From positions 1 to 49,970 of IMG/VR virus record IMGVR_UViG_3300027790_000033: a stretch of DNA of 49,970 nucleotides. One strand, written 5' to 3'. The first letter of the stretch is position 1; every line of letters starts with the position of its first letter. The notes under the pieces were generated by a model that saw only the letters and a list, made by a program, of their open reading frames with translations, did not search any database and was not told the origin of the DNA. The position numbers and the translations under genes are program-made. Positions 38,915 through 47,267 of the stretch are shown here, one piece after another. The stretch comes from a virus. Taxonomy: Duplodnaviria; Caudoviricetes.

Positions 38915-39324
38915 GCGGTGAGATTGTAGTTCCTGGCGTGCCGGTTGCCCAGCCACGCCAGAGACACACTCGCAATGGGCATAACTACATACCTAAGAGC
39001 CATGCGATCTGGGACTACAAGTCCCGGATTGTGAAGGCTTTTGAGGAAACAGGAGCAGATCCAATTCCTCGAGGGACACCCGTACGGCTGAGGGTTAATT
39101 TCTGGTTTCCGAGACCGAAATCGAAGGTCTGGAAGACGAAGCCGATGCCGTCGTATCCCCACACATCCAAGCCGGACGTGGACAATCTCGTTAAAGCCGT
39201 TGCTGACGCACTCAATGGTCGATTGTTTCACGACGATTCGCAGATCGCATCAGTTAAAGCCAACAAGAGTGTTTGCTCTGGACTTTCCGAACCCACCACC
39301 TTTATTTATTGGGAGAAGTTTTGA
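38911..39324 (+). CDS. rusA: RusA-family Holliday junction resolvase
   Basis: PG.PVAQPR.R, F.FPRPKS, KPDVDNLVKAVADALNG and DDSQI motifs. Confidence 0.93.
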   Translation: MSGEIVVPGVPVAQPRQRHTRNGHNYIPKSHAIWDYKSRIVKAFEETGADPIPRGTPVRLRVNFWFPRPKSKVWKTKPMPSYPHTSKPDVDNLVKAVADALNGRLFHDDSQIASVKANKSVCSGLSEPTTFIYWEKF

Positions 39325-39326
39325 TT

Positions 39327-40088
39327 ATGTTTTTCCACGAAAACTCTGTGACCATGAAAGCTGAGTCCTACACAGAATTGATTAAGTACCGAGACCGGTT
39401 GATAAACGAACGCGAAGCTGCACGCCAAGAAGTTGAGCTTGTTCACGATCTCTGGAAAAAGGATTCCCAGAAGCTCACCAAGAGGATTGACGAACTTGCC
39501 GACGAGGTCGTCAAAGCCGAGGAGCAACAGATCGATAAGATTGCAGACCTCGAACGGCAGCTCGATGCGGTCATCGACGAGCGGGATCGAGCGAGATCGC
39601 GACGGGACGAGATCCAGAGACGACTGGACCGCCATTACGCCCTAGTGAATGGGCTGCAGGACACCTGCCAAAAGAACGGACAGACCATCGTCAATCTGGA
39701 AAACGAACTCAACGAACGCGAGTCCGAGATCGTTGAGTTGAATAAGAAGGTTGAGTATTGCGGTTCTCAGGAACTTCGAGATCGTATTGACATCCTTAAG
39801 GATCGATGCCGGTCGAAGCAAAGTGTGATTGGCATGCTGACGGCGGACAATGCTGCTTCTCGCAATGCGTTAGCCAAGAAGGATCGCGAATTCTCCGAAC
39901 TTCACCAACACGTGGCGAGCCTAAATGACGCAAACGAGAGTCTCAAAAAAGAGGCATCTGACGTTTCCAAAGTTGCCGACAACTACTATATCGAGACCCT
40001 CTCGCTGCGGAAGCGTGTCGCCACTCTTGAGAACACGCTTCACGACATCGAGTGCAAGATCGAGGAAACTAAGCCGAGTGACGATTGA
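39327..40088 (+). CDS. Long coiled-coil hypothetical protein
   Basis: Continuous heptad pattern, GGGAG RBS. Confidence 0.7.
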   Translation: MFFHENSVTMKAESYTELIKYRDRLINEREAARQEVELVHDLWKKDSQKLTKRIDELADEVVKAEEQQIDKIADLERQLDAVIDERDRARSRRDEIQRRLDRHYALVNGLQDTCQKNGQTIVNLENELNERESEIVELNKKVEYCGSQELRDRIDILKDRCRSKQSVIGMLTADNAASRNALAKKDREFSELHQHVASLNDANESLKKEASDVSKVADNYYIETLSLRKRVATLENTLHDIECKIEETKPSDD

Positions 40089-40779
40089 TAATTGACTTGA
40101 TCGTCCCATGTCGCCATTCTTTTCCGCGAGGAGATATGCCGTCAGCTTCCAACTGGCGGCATATTTTTCGTAGTGACATACCATCCGAGTGCAATGCCAG
40201 AATGCGATTGATCACGTTCACTTCATAGGAACAAGGAACCGTCCGGCTGGGGTCGTTGGGGTCCGGCATCTCCCCATAAGGCAGCTTGTCGGGGCGAGTC
40301 ATGCGACGGCCAGACTCCTGGTGTCTCTTCATTGAGTCGCTAGTTCTCTCGACAATGATGTCACGCTCGAACGACGATTGAGCTAACAGCATCGTCAAGA
40401 TCAGCTTCCCGGTGGCCGTAGATGAGTCGACCATCACGCCGTTTTGTGCTGCTAAGTGGAGGGTGATTCCCTTATGATTCCAAACTTCCATCTGCAACAG
40501 ACCGTCCGACGTGGACCGGAAGATCCGATCCAGCCGGTGGACGATCACGTGCTTCGGACCGTTCACTTCATTGAGGCGGGCGACCAGCCGCCCCCCGCCA
40601 TCACGTTCCGCCAGTGGCTGTCCAGCCGACGTCTCGCGGTCTTCGATCTCTTCGATCACGTCCAGCCCGGCGATGCCCGCGTACGCGAGACATCGGTCGG
40701 CCTGGACTTCAATCGATTCGCACTTATCGACCTTGCCTTGTGGCCTGGGTGAGAATCGTAGATAGGCTATTGCTTTCAT
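40069..40779 (-). CDS. Serine recombinase (resolvase/invertase family)
   Basis: AYLRFS (catalytic Ser), IVHRLDRIFRS, FER..I.ERT, PYG and a C-terminal HTH. Confidence 0.92.
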   Translation of the reverse strand: MKAIAYLRFSPRPQGKVDKCESIEVQADRCLAYAGIAGLDVIEEIEDRETSAGQPLAERDGGGRLVARLNEVNGPKHVIVHRLDRIFRSTSDGLLQMEVWNHKGITLHLAAQNGVMVDSSTATGKLILTMLLAQSSFERDIIVERTSDSMKRHQESGRRMTRPDKLPYGEMPDPNDPSRTVPCSYEVNVINRILALHSDGMSLRKICRQLEADGISPRGKEWRHGTIKSIINRHSA

Positions 40780-40786
40780 GGTTACC

Positions 40787-41164
40787 TCAGTTTTTTGCGT
40801 CAGTCAGGTGAATCGTCCTCTTGACGGCGACTCCGTTGTAGACGATGTCTTCGTATGAGCACTGCACCTGATTCTTGTAGTCCACAAGCTTCCAGGGAAT
40901 GCTGTACGTGGTTTCTATGACCACATTGCAGTACCTTTCGGTGTCCGAGTAGCGGTCATGGTCGCAACTTCGCCATGAGACGTCATTCTTGGCGTTGTCC
41001 AACCACTCCAAGAGCAGTCCAGGGAGTTTCTCCGCGTAAGGAAGATCGTCCCAATCCGCCTCCGATCTACGTGCATCCTCATGTTTTTCCTCAAGGTGAT
41101 CTCGGGCAGCTTCGAGCATCCCGATCATTTCCTCGACGTTAACCATTGTTCCAACGATTGACAT
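40787..41164 (-). CDS. Hypothetical protein
   Basis: ATG at 41164 with a GGAG RBS. Confidence 0.6.
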   Translation of the reverse strand: MSIVGTMVNVEEMIGMLEAARDHLEEKHEDARRSEADWDDLPYAEKLPGLLLEWLDNAKNDVSWRSCDHDRYSDTERYCNVVIETTYSIPWKLVDYKNQVQCSYEDIVYNGVAVKRTIHLTDAKN

Positions 41165-41168
41165 TGTT

Positions 41169-41600
41169 TTACTCCAAGATCGAGTTATCTTCACGAGTTG
41201 TATATCCGAGCCGAGTGTCCCAATAAAGATTACTCACTCGGTTGTCGGTCAGAATCCCGTTGACGTGGCGGGCGGCTGCACCGGGTACAAACCCGTCCGG
41301 GTCGAACGTACGCAACACCAGATCACCGACGCGGAACATGCGTCGTTGCCTCTTGCCGTTTTCGTACCGATACAGACGAATGTGGAACCGGCCAGTCCAT
41401 TCCAGGTAGCTGGTCTTCAGTTCACGCGGCTTGATTTTCTTCTTGCGAGTCTTTCGCGACCACTTCTTAGGTGGTGCTCCCCTATTCTTCGTCGAGTATA
41501 TCCGGCCCTCGTCTGAGATGTAGTAATCCGGCCAGTTGGGTATCGGTCGCACTGGCCGTCCGTCGATCTCGTCGGGTATAGAGAATCTACTCTCGCTCAT
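41169..41600 (-). CDS. NUMOD4-HNH homing endonuclease-like protein
   Basis: RPIPNWPDYYISDEGRIYS (NUMOD4) and RHVNG..TDNRVSNLYW (HNH). Confidence 0.85.
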   Translation of the reverse strand: MSESRFSIPDEIDGRPVRPIPNWPDYYISDEGRIYSTKNRGAPPKKWSRKTRKKKIKPRELKTSYLEWTGRFHIRLYRYENGKRQRRMFRVGDLVLRTFDPDGFVPGAAARHVNGILTDNRVSNLYWDTRLGYTTREDNSILE

Positions 41601-41904
41601 TGTTGTTCCCTCCGCAGATGCAAACCATGCTCCCAGTGATCGACGATCCGGTGATCGCCCCGTCCGCATCAACGCACTGGACGACATGCTTGCGAATCCA
41701 AATCGTGACGAGTTCTCGGTACGACTCGTGTTGCAAGTCAAGCCAATCGCAGGCAGCATTGATTGACTCTTGACGTGACTCGGTCGGCAAACCCATCTCG
41801 CCCATACTGTCTTGATTTTGGCAAATTGTCGCTGGGCCGAATCGCGTATTGACGATGGCCTCAGCTTGCCAGAACTCGTCGCCCTTGTTCCATTGCTCTT
41901 TCAT
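41587..41904 (-). CDS. Hypothetical protein
   Basis: AACAACACC-AGGAG leader. Confidence 0.6.
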   Translation of the reverse strand: MKEQWNKGDEFWQAEAIVNTRFGPATICQNQDSMGEMGLPTESRQESINAACDWLDLQHESYRELVTIWIRKHVVQCVDADGAITGSSITGSMVCICGGNNNERE

Positions 41905-41921
41905 GGCTTCTCCTGGTGTTG

Positions 41922-42116
41922 TTAGTCCTCAAATCTAATATACCCGACGATATCATCATTGGGTCCTAAGATGTTCGCGTTGCCCCTATCCTGGACTTGG
42001 CTCCATTTCGACACTTGATGTCCCAATATATGGAACGCCCATTGTGCTATTACGTTCGTGGGCGTCTCACCGTCGAACCCGACTGCATCTAAGTCTATTT
42101 CAACAACAACCTTCAT
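41922..42116 (-). CDS. Hypothetical protein
   Basis: Start moved to 42116 on the basis of the (ACC)3-AGGAG leader. Confidence 0.65.
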   Translation of the reverse strand: MKVVVEIDLDAVGFDGETPTNVIAQWAFHILGHQVSKWSQVQDRGNANILGPNDDIVGYIRFED

Positions 42117-42187
42117 GGCGTCTCCTGGTGGTGGTGAAGTAAAGTAACCAATGCCGACCCGGACGCACCGGGACGGGTAAGGTGACT

Positions 42188-42367
42188 TTACTTCGACAAC
42201 ATCGATCCAACTAAGAACATGATCGGGATCGTAATCAGCAACACCACCAGCATATCGAACCACATCGGTGGCGGGTCTTCTTGTGGTGGTTCTGTCTCAA
42301 TCGGTGCGGTTGCGTCGTACCAGTCGTCTTCGAGTCCGATCAGCGGTTTGATTGTGTCGTGCTTCAT
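42188..42367 (-). CDS. 59 aa acidic protein with C-terminal TM helix (not in ORF track)
   Basis: MKHDTIKPLIGLEDDWYDA...MLVVLLITIPIMFLVGSMLSK, with an (ACC)3-GGAG leader. Confidence 0.65.
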   Translation of the reverse strand: MKHDTIKPLIGLEDDWYDATAPIETEPPQEDPPPMWFDMLVVLLITIPIMFLVGSMLSK

Positions 42368-42397
42368 GTTAGGTAGGCTCCGGGGTGGTGGTGTTGG

Positions 42398-42613
42398 TTA
42401 AACTGCCTTTACGCCATCGCTGACAACCCAAGGGTCACTAGCCCCGTCAAACTTCCAGTCAGTAGGATTAAGCTTTGCAAAGTCGCGGGAGTCAATAGCA
42501 CGCCCAACCAGCCCGCCCGCACTCCATGCGTCACTAGCTTCAATGTCTACAGTGCAAGAATACTCCCGCATCATCATTACGGTTACACGATACGTTTTCT
42601 TTTCTTCTGGCAT
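42398..42613 (-). CDS. Hypothetical protein
   Basis: (ACC)3-AGGGAG leader; KTYRVTV...V.IEA....A pattern of small phage proteins. Confidence 0.7.
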   Translation of the reverse strand: MPEEKKTYRVTVMMMREYSCTVDIEASDAWSAGGLVGRAIDSRDFAKLNPTDWKFDGASDPWVVSDGVKAV

Positions 42614-42694
42614 ATCTTGATCTCCCTATGGTGGTGGTGACGTAAAACCTACAAGACGCCCCCAGACTCGCTGGGGGACGGTTGAGGGTTTTAC

Positions 42695-43210
42695 TTATTC
42701 GCCATAGTAGAATTGATGGCAGTACGCCAATAGTACATCCTCGTCGGCACCTACATAATCAGTCCAAGGCGTGAACCAGTTCTGCACTTGTAGCGTTGCG
42801 GTTTCAGGTTCACCAAATCCCCCTAGCGTTCCGATTATCCGCACTGCTGGTCCTCCAGTAGCAAGCAATAACTCAAACTCTTCTGCTTCCATTTCTGCCC
42901 CTGGTGCGTGCCAGTCAGACCGGACTTGCAGCGACAACGGATCATCCATAATGCGTTCGCGTGCGTCATCCTCGTCTTCGCAGTCGCCAGCGTCGGCCTC
43001 AAGTTCCCTCAACTCTTCGGCATCATCCGGGAAGACCTCTTCCCAGACGTCCGAGTCGTAGCCATCGCCGTCAAAGTCTCCACGTTCGGTCCTCAATTCT
43101 TTGAGTCGGTCATAGTCGCATTGCAACGCAGCGACCATATCGACAATCGACTCATAAGCACACTGGCCGACCTCTTGCAGCTCTTCGCGTTTAGTGGTTT
43201 CGTCGCTCAT
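42695..43210 (-). CDS. Highly acidic early protein (LLxxGGPxxRI family)
   Basis: D/E-rich sequence, FELLLATGGPAVRIIG motif, (ACC)4 leader. Confidence 0.75.
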   Translation of the reverse strand: MSDETTKREELQEVGQCAYESIVDMVAALQCDYDRLKELRTERGDFDGDGYDSDVWEEVFPDDAEELRELEADAGDCEDEDDARERIMDDPLSLQVRSDWHAPGAEMEAEEFELLLATGGPAVRIIGTLGGFGEPETATLQVQNWFTPWTDYVGADEDVLLAYCHQFYYGE

Positions 43211-43270
43211 GTCTCTTCCCTTCTTGGTGGTGGTGGTTATCCCGTTCAGTACAATCGTCACGGGAATCGG

Positions 43271-43882
43271 TTAGCTGTATTGGATCTCTTCGATTACTTC
43301 GACCTCATCTTCCCGGTCGGTCATACCGAAGTGGGTAAGGGCTTCCTTAATGAGTTCGTCTATGTCATTGCCAATAAAACCGCCGATGGTGTCGGATGTC
43401 TCCTCAAGTTCACAGCAACACGCACTGCACGTCTCGACTTCGACCAGTTCAAACCAGTAACATTCTCCCCGCAAAAACGAGTCGTATTGTAGGACTTCAG
43501 TTTTGAGTATCAGTTCAATTTGTTCGTCGGTCAGTCCCTCCGTCCCTTTGAGACAATGGATATAGCCGACTTGACCGGAATCCCACGGACAATGAAACCC
43601 GCCGACGTTCATTGACAATCCGCCATGGTCGTACAGATACAACGGCAACAGAACAAAATACTTTTCCAAGATTCGTTCGATGTGCTGGTCTGGAACGTAG
43701 CGGGAATCAGCCCCGACATGACGGCATACAAGATCCCGCAAGTAATCTCCGGGATCTTGTCGGGGTTGCTCATCTCCTAAGTTGTAACGTTGATGCCAGC
43801 AGACCATCGTCCCCAGATTGTCCCAGTCTCGTGGCGATCCTGCGTCAGTGTCTTGGTGGATTTTTAAGCGATAGTGATTCAC
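43271..43882 (-). CDS. Conserved phage/plasmid hypothetical protein
   Basis: PRDWDNLG, LPLYLYDHGG and WDSGQVG motifs; (ACC)3 leader. Confidence 0.8.
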   Translation of the reverse strand: MNHYRLKIHQDTDAGSPRDWDNLGTMVCWHQRYNLGDEQPRQDPGDYLRDLVCRHVGADSRYVPDQHIERILEKYFVLLPLYLYDHGGLSMNVGGFHCPWDSGQVGYIHCLKGTEGLTDEQIELILKTEVLQYDSFLRGECYWFELVEVETCSACCCELEETSDTIGGFIGNDIDELIKEALTHFGMTDREDEVEVIEEIQYS

Positions 43883-43906
43883 GTTCAGATCTCCCGTTGG
43901 TGGTGG

Positions 43907-44134
43907 TTAGTGCAGCCCGGTAAATTTCAGGCCATAGTTGCTTGCTATCAGCGACAACGATTCCTTAAGAGCTTCTCGATTTCCTTCGATAAATCGTTCG
44001 ACGCCGTCGTGGGATGTGACCGCGTATCCGGTTATGTTTCGGCTATACCCTTTGCCGTTTCTCCACAGACCGCAATTGTGTGCCGTATGCCGTCTGCTGA
44101 CCGGCCATCTCTTGTTACCTACTGCTGCGAACAT
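43907..44134 (-). CDS. Hypothetical protein
   Basis: (ACC)3-GAGGAG leader. Confidence 0.6.
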   Translation of the reverse strand: MFAAVGNKRWPVSRRHTAHNCGLWRNGKGYSRNITGYAVTSHDGVERFIEGNREALKESLSLIASNYGLKFTGLH

Positions 44135-44215
44135 TTAACACTCCTCATTAGCGGTGGTGGTTTAGTGGGTACGGTTATCGCCCCCAGAACGCTTGGGGGG
44201 CGAACACCACAACCA

Positions 44216-44986
44216 CTAGCCGTAGCAACACACCACACTAGGAGTACGTTCGATCTCATAATCGTGTCGCTGTGCGTCGTATGGTGCCGCGACTATCGTC
44301 TGTCCAGAGAGCGACCATTCCCGCATTGCGTCCCAAGACTCGGACCAGTAGATGAGGTGACCGTCGAAACTGAGCAATTCCCAGACGTCCCCTTGCGGGG
44401 TATTGTGCGTGAATTCAATTCCAGCCGATTCAAGATCGTCGATGCTAATTGAATCGATTATGCTTTCGATGTTGATACCGGCACCGTCATTGCCATGGTT
44501 CCAATCTACACAGGCTAATTCACGCCAATCGTTGAACGCCTCATACGAGATGTCATCCTCTAGGGTAATGTCGAGTCTGTCCTCTAGTGCGTCCTCAAAA
44601 TCACGATACAACCATCCGTCCCAAGCGTCCATCTCTTGCTCCGATTCGATTTCACTCATCTTGGATTCATCTAAGACGGGATAATCCGCGAGTGCCCCCT
44701 TAGTATCGTACAACCACTCAGCAGCCTTCTCGGTTGGTTCAATCAGGATGATCTCAAACCATCCCGGACCCCAGTGACCAAATCGGTGAATATCGTAATC
44801 GATCCCCTCACGTTCTAGGTCCTCTTGGATGGCTGCCCAGTTGGACAATGTGACGGAGCATTGCGTATCACGAGTGATTGATACCGGAGCGACTAGCCAG
44901 TCCTCTTGATCGTCCAAGACGATGTGATGATCGAATTGTGTAGGGGCGTAATCGCGGTATCGGGTTGCCTCTTGTAAATAGCTCAT
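44216..44986 (-). CDS. Acidic early protein (HWxxGW family)
   Basis: SNW, RFGHWGPGWFEII and LADYPVLDE motifs; (ACC)10 leader. Confidence 0.8.
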   Translation of the reverse strand: MSYLQEATRYRDYAPTQFDHHIVLDDQEDWLVAPVSITRDTQCSVTLSNWAAIQEDLEREGIDYDIHRFGHWGPGWFEIILIEPTEKAAEWLYDTKGALADYPVLDESKMSEIESEQEMDAWDGWLYRDFEDALEDRLDITLEDDISYEAFNDWRELACVDWNHGNDGAGINIESIIDSISIDDLESAGIEFTHNTPQGDVWELLSFDGHLIYWSESWDAMREWSLSGQTIVAAPYDAQRHDYEIERTPSVVCCYG

Positions 44987-45034
44987 TTCTGTTCTCTCTT
45001 TCGTTGGTGGTGGTGGTGGTGGTGGTGGTGGTGG

Positions 45035-45418
45035 TCAGTCTTCAATCTTCAGTAACACAACTGCAAACGGTAATTCACAGCTATCGTCTTCGATGTCTTC
45101 AATTTCGTTCGCATCTCTGTAGTCAGCAGCACAGCCAGCGATTGCGTTGCTTTCGTAATCGGCCAACCCTTGAGGGGATAGCATGCCGATCAACGCATTA
45201 CGGACGTCATCTTGAGTGAAGACGTCCGGGAATGTATCGCAATCACCGCCGTTGCAGTAATCGTCGCACCATTCTTCGATCAATTGTCGTAATGTGGTGG
45301 TGTGATCGTAGTAAGCAAACAAGCAACCTGCGTTGTCATCCCATCGATCCCCATGCCCTGGCCAATAGTCTGGCATCCCGCAATAAAGAAATGTTGCAGT
45401 CAATTGTGGTTTCGTCAT
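45035..45418 (-). CDS. Acidic hypothetical protein
   Basis: (ACC)3-AGGGAG leader. Confidence 0.7.
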   Translation of the reverse strand: MTKPQLTATFLYCGMPDYWPGHGDRWDDNAGCLFAYYDHTTTLRQLIEEWCDDYCNGGDCDTFPDVFTQDDVRNALIGMLSPQGLADYESNAIAGCAADYRDANEIEDIEDDSCELPFAVVLLKIED

Positions 45419-45495
45419 CTCTTGATCTCCCTAGTGGTGGTGGTGAATACAACATGCTGCCCTAGGAGCGATCCAGGGCAGTCAGCAGTAGTCAC

Positions 45496-46023
45496 TTATT
45501 CTTGCAGGCCACTAATCCATCCCCAGACATCTGCCCAAACCGGCGATTCACTCCAGTAGCAATCGAAATTGGGATCATTGACATTGTCGATGTCTTCGAC
45601 CATTGTCCCGTCCTCTAGCGGTTGGCTGGGATCATTGTTGCGGTCGTACGGGTAAGACTTGCGATAATCGCCTGAGAAGTCTTGCAAGACTTCATAGCCA
45701 TCGTAGGACTCGCAAGCTTCAATCTGAACAAGGATGTCGGCAGTGTCTGCACTTTGGCCGATACAAGCTAACGCGTTGGTCAAGTCATCGGACTTATTGA
45801 TCGTCCCGCATTCAATGAAGATCTTCCCATCTAGTTCGTAGATACTGACACAATCAGCGTATCCGTAGCGATCCCAGTTGTGCGAATTGTAGAACATACC
45901 ACCATGCGGAATCGGTGACATGTCGCCCGTGTAGTGAATCCCTAGGTCCTTGGCGATCTCCCAGGGCGAACCCGATACCATGCGGATAGCGAAGTCTTGG
46001 GCGTTGTCGATAGTCTTAGTCAT
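45496..46023 (-). CDS. Acidic hypothetical protein
   Basis: (ACC)6-AAGGA leader; YTGD..P..HGG.F motif. Confidence 0.7.
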   Translation of the reverse strand: MTKTIDNAQDFAIRMVSGSPWEIAKDLGIHYTGDMSPIPHGGMFYNSHNWDRYGYADCVSIYELDGKIFIECGTINKSDDLTNALACIGQSADTADILVQIEACESYDGYEVLQDFSGDYRKSYPYDRNNDPSQPLEDGTMVEDIDNVNDPNFDCYWSESPVWADVWGWISGLQE

Positions 46024-46075
46024 TGTCTTGTCCTTCTCGTGTTAGTGGTGGTGGTGGTGGTGGTTTTAGTCGTCT

Positions 46076-46345
46076 TCAATCTGGCATCACAAGATCCATG
46101 CCAGCAGCAAACAAGTAAACTCGGTCTGTATCTGGACCGTCACACAATAGGGCAGGTTTTCCGGCATAATCGTCAACCAAGTACAGCCTCGTATCGGGAT
46201 GAAAGTAGTATCGTTTGCCGATTTGGTTGTCGATCTCCCTGGCGATTGCCATCAGCCGTTGGCGGCTGCCTGTTGCTAGTAGCTCCATGTGGATTACCGG
46301 GGCGGAGCTAGGAAGACTGGTCAGGGTTTCGATGGTCTTGGGCAT
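46076..46345 (-). CDS. Hypothetical protein
   Basis: 89 aa ORF with an AGGGA RBS in the early operon. Confidence 0.65.
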   Translation of the reverse strand: MPKTIETLTSLPSSAPVIHMELLATGSRQRLMAIAREIDNQIGKRYYFHPDTRLYLVDDYAGKPALLCDGPDTDRVYLFAAGMDLVMPD

Positions 46346-46355
46346 TGTGTTTTCC

Positions 46356-46643
46356 CTATGAGTTGAGTTGAGTTGCTGCTGCGAAACCGTCGCCGAGCTT
46401 CAATTGCCGATAGTCCGCCTTGAATGATGCGACATCGGATTTGTCAATCTGGAAGCAAACCGACCATTGACCATCCTCACACCTCTCGGCACACCGATCA
46501 TCCTCATACCCTGCAAGGTTCAGCCTGTCGGCCATCTCTTGCATGCGGCCCAATGACTTGTCGGCTAGTTCATAGACTTCGTACTCGTTGTGGCGATATT
46601 CAGAAAACCAGTCTCTTCCAGCTTGAACCCTTCTGAGTCTCAT
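46356..46643 (-). CDS. Hypothetical protein, first gene of the leftward operon
   Basis: ATG at 46643 after an (ACC)5-AAGGA leader, just downstream of the promoter. Confidence 0.65.
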   Translation of the reverse strand: MRLRRVQAGRDWFSEYRHNEYEVYELADKSLGRMQEMADRLNLAGYEDDRCAERCEDGQWSVCFQIDKSDVASFKADYRQLKLGDGFAAATQLNS

Positions 46644-46699
46644 GATGCTTTCCTTCTTGGTGGTGGTGGTGGTTAGGGACGGAAACGTCCGGTCAGGGC

Positions 46700-46729
46700 A
46701 TCTTAGGCAGGACATCGACAGGATGTCAA
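46700..46729 (-). promoter_or_regulatory. Leftward early sigma70 promoter with overlapping inverted repeat
   Basis: TTGACA-18 bp-TAAGAT on the minus strand; GACATC-5-GATGTC at 46711-46727 overlaps the -35. Confidence 0.7.
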
Positions 46730-46817
46730 TAGACAATCACGAGAAATCAGTCAGTGTGCTGATATTTCCTGAAATAATTCTAACGATGTCGTTGGTGGAC
46801 AGTTGGGAGATGAGACA

Positions 46818-46859
46818 GTTATTGCAATCTGATTGTTATTGCAATCGTATTGCAATAAC
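46818..46859. repeat. Triple TATTGCAAT palindromic repeat
   Basis: GTTATTGCAATC at 46818 and 46835, and TATTGCAATAAC at 46848. Confidence 0.85.
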
Positions 46860-47158
46860 GGCGAGCTATCTCAGATCAGAGGACATCGGACCAGTCTGGA
46901 CCAGGGGAGATGAGAGCATAGTGGACGTAAGGGTTCACTAACCACCACCATAGTAAGAGGTTGCATCGAGCGATGACACTGCTATTGTAGGTCCAGAGCG
47001 ATGGTCCAATAGGGATAGCGACGGGGGGAGGGGTGTTCATTTGTACAGCAAAAAGCCGATCCAGACCCCCACCCCGTTGGGTTCTGGGACTCCTACATAC
47101 CACCCTCGGACCAAGATGCTGTTTTGAACCTAAAGAGGGTATAATCAGCACCCTGATC

Positions 47159-47187
47159 TTGACACAGAGAGCATTTTTTGGTATAAT
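47159..47187 (+). promoter_or_regulatory. Perfect-consensus sigma70 promoter with extended -10
   Basis: TTGACA-17 bp-TATAAT with TG at -15/-14. Confidence 0.92.
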
Positions 47188-47195
47188 GGGCACAC

Positions 47196-47266
47196 CGGGG
47201 TGTAGCTCAAGACAGAGCCGGACTCTTTCATCTGCTTGCGGGTATCGAATCCCGTCGCCTCGGCCA
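47196..47266 (+). tRNA. tRNA-like RNA 1 (truncated anticodon arm, encoded CCA)
   Basis: Acceptor CGGGGTG/CGCCTCG plus GCCA, D stem GCTC/GAGC, T stem GCGGG/CCCGT with an 8 nt loop. Only 19 nt lie between the D and T stems. Confidence 0.65.
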
Positions 47267-47267
47267 A

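Larger units (their letters stand above)
42127..46673 (-). repeat. Dispersed (ACC)n leader repeats upstream of gene starts
   Basis: (GGT)n tracts on + at about 42127, 42384, 42630, 43226, 43899, 44153, 45006 (n=10), 45436, 46047 (n=6) and 46659 (n=5). Confidence 0.95.

Noticed and set aside
42127-46673. GGT tracts as a CRISPR array or as Chi sites
   Set aside because: They are variable-length trinucleotide tracts separated by whole genes, with no cas genes. They resemble GNTGGTGG Chi, but their orientation follows gene direction and start position rather than one genome strand.
47117-47145. Second TATAAT promoter upstream of the tRNA-like cluster
   Set aside because: There is no credible -35 at 16-18 bp spacing. 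It may be a weak tandem promoter but cannot be supported.
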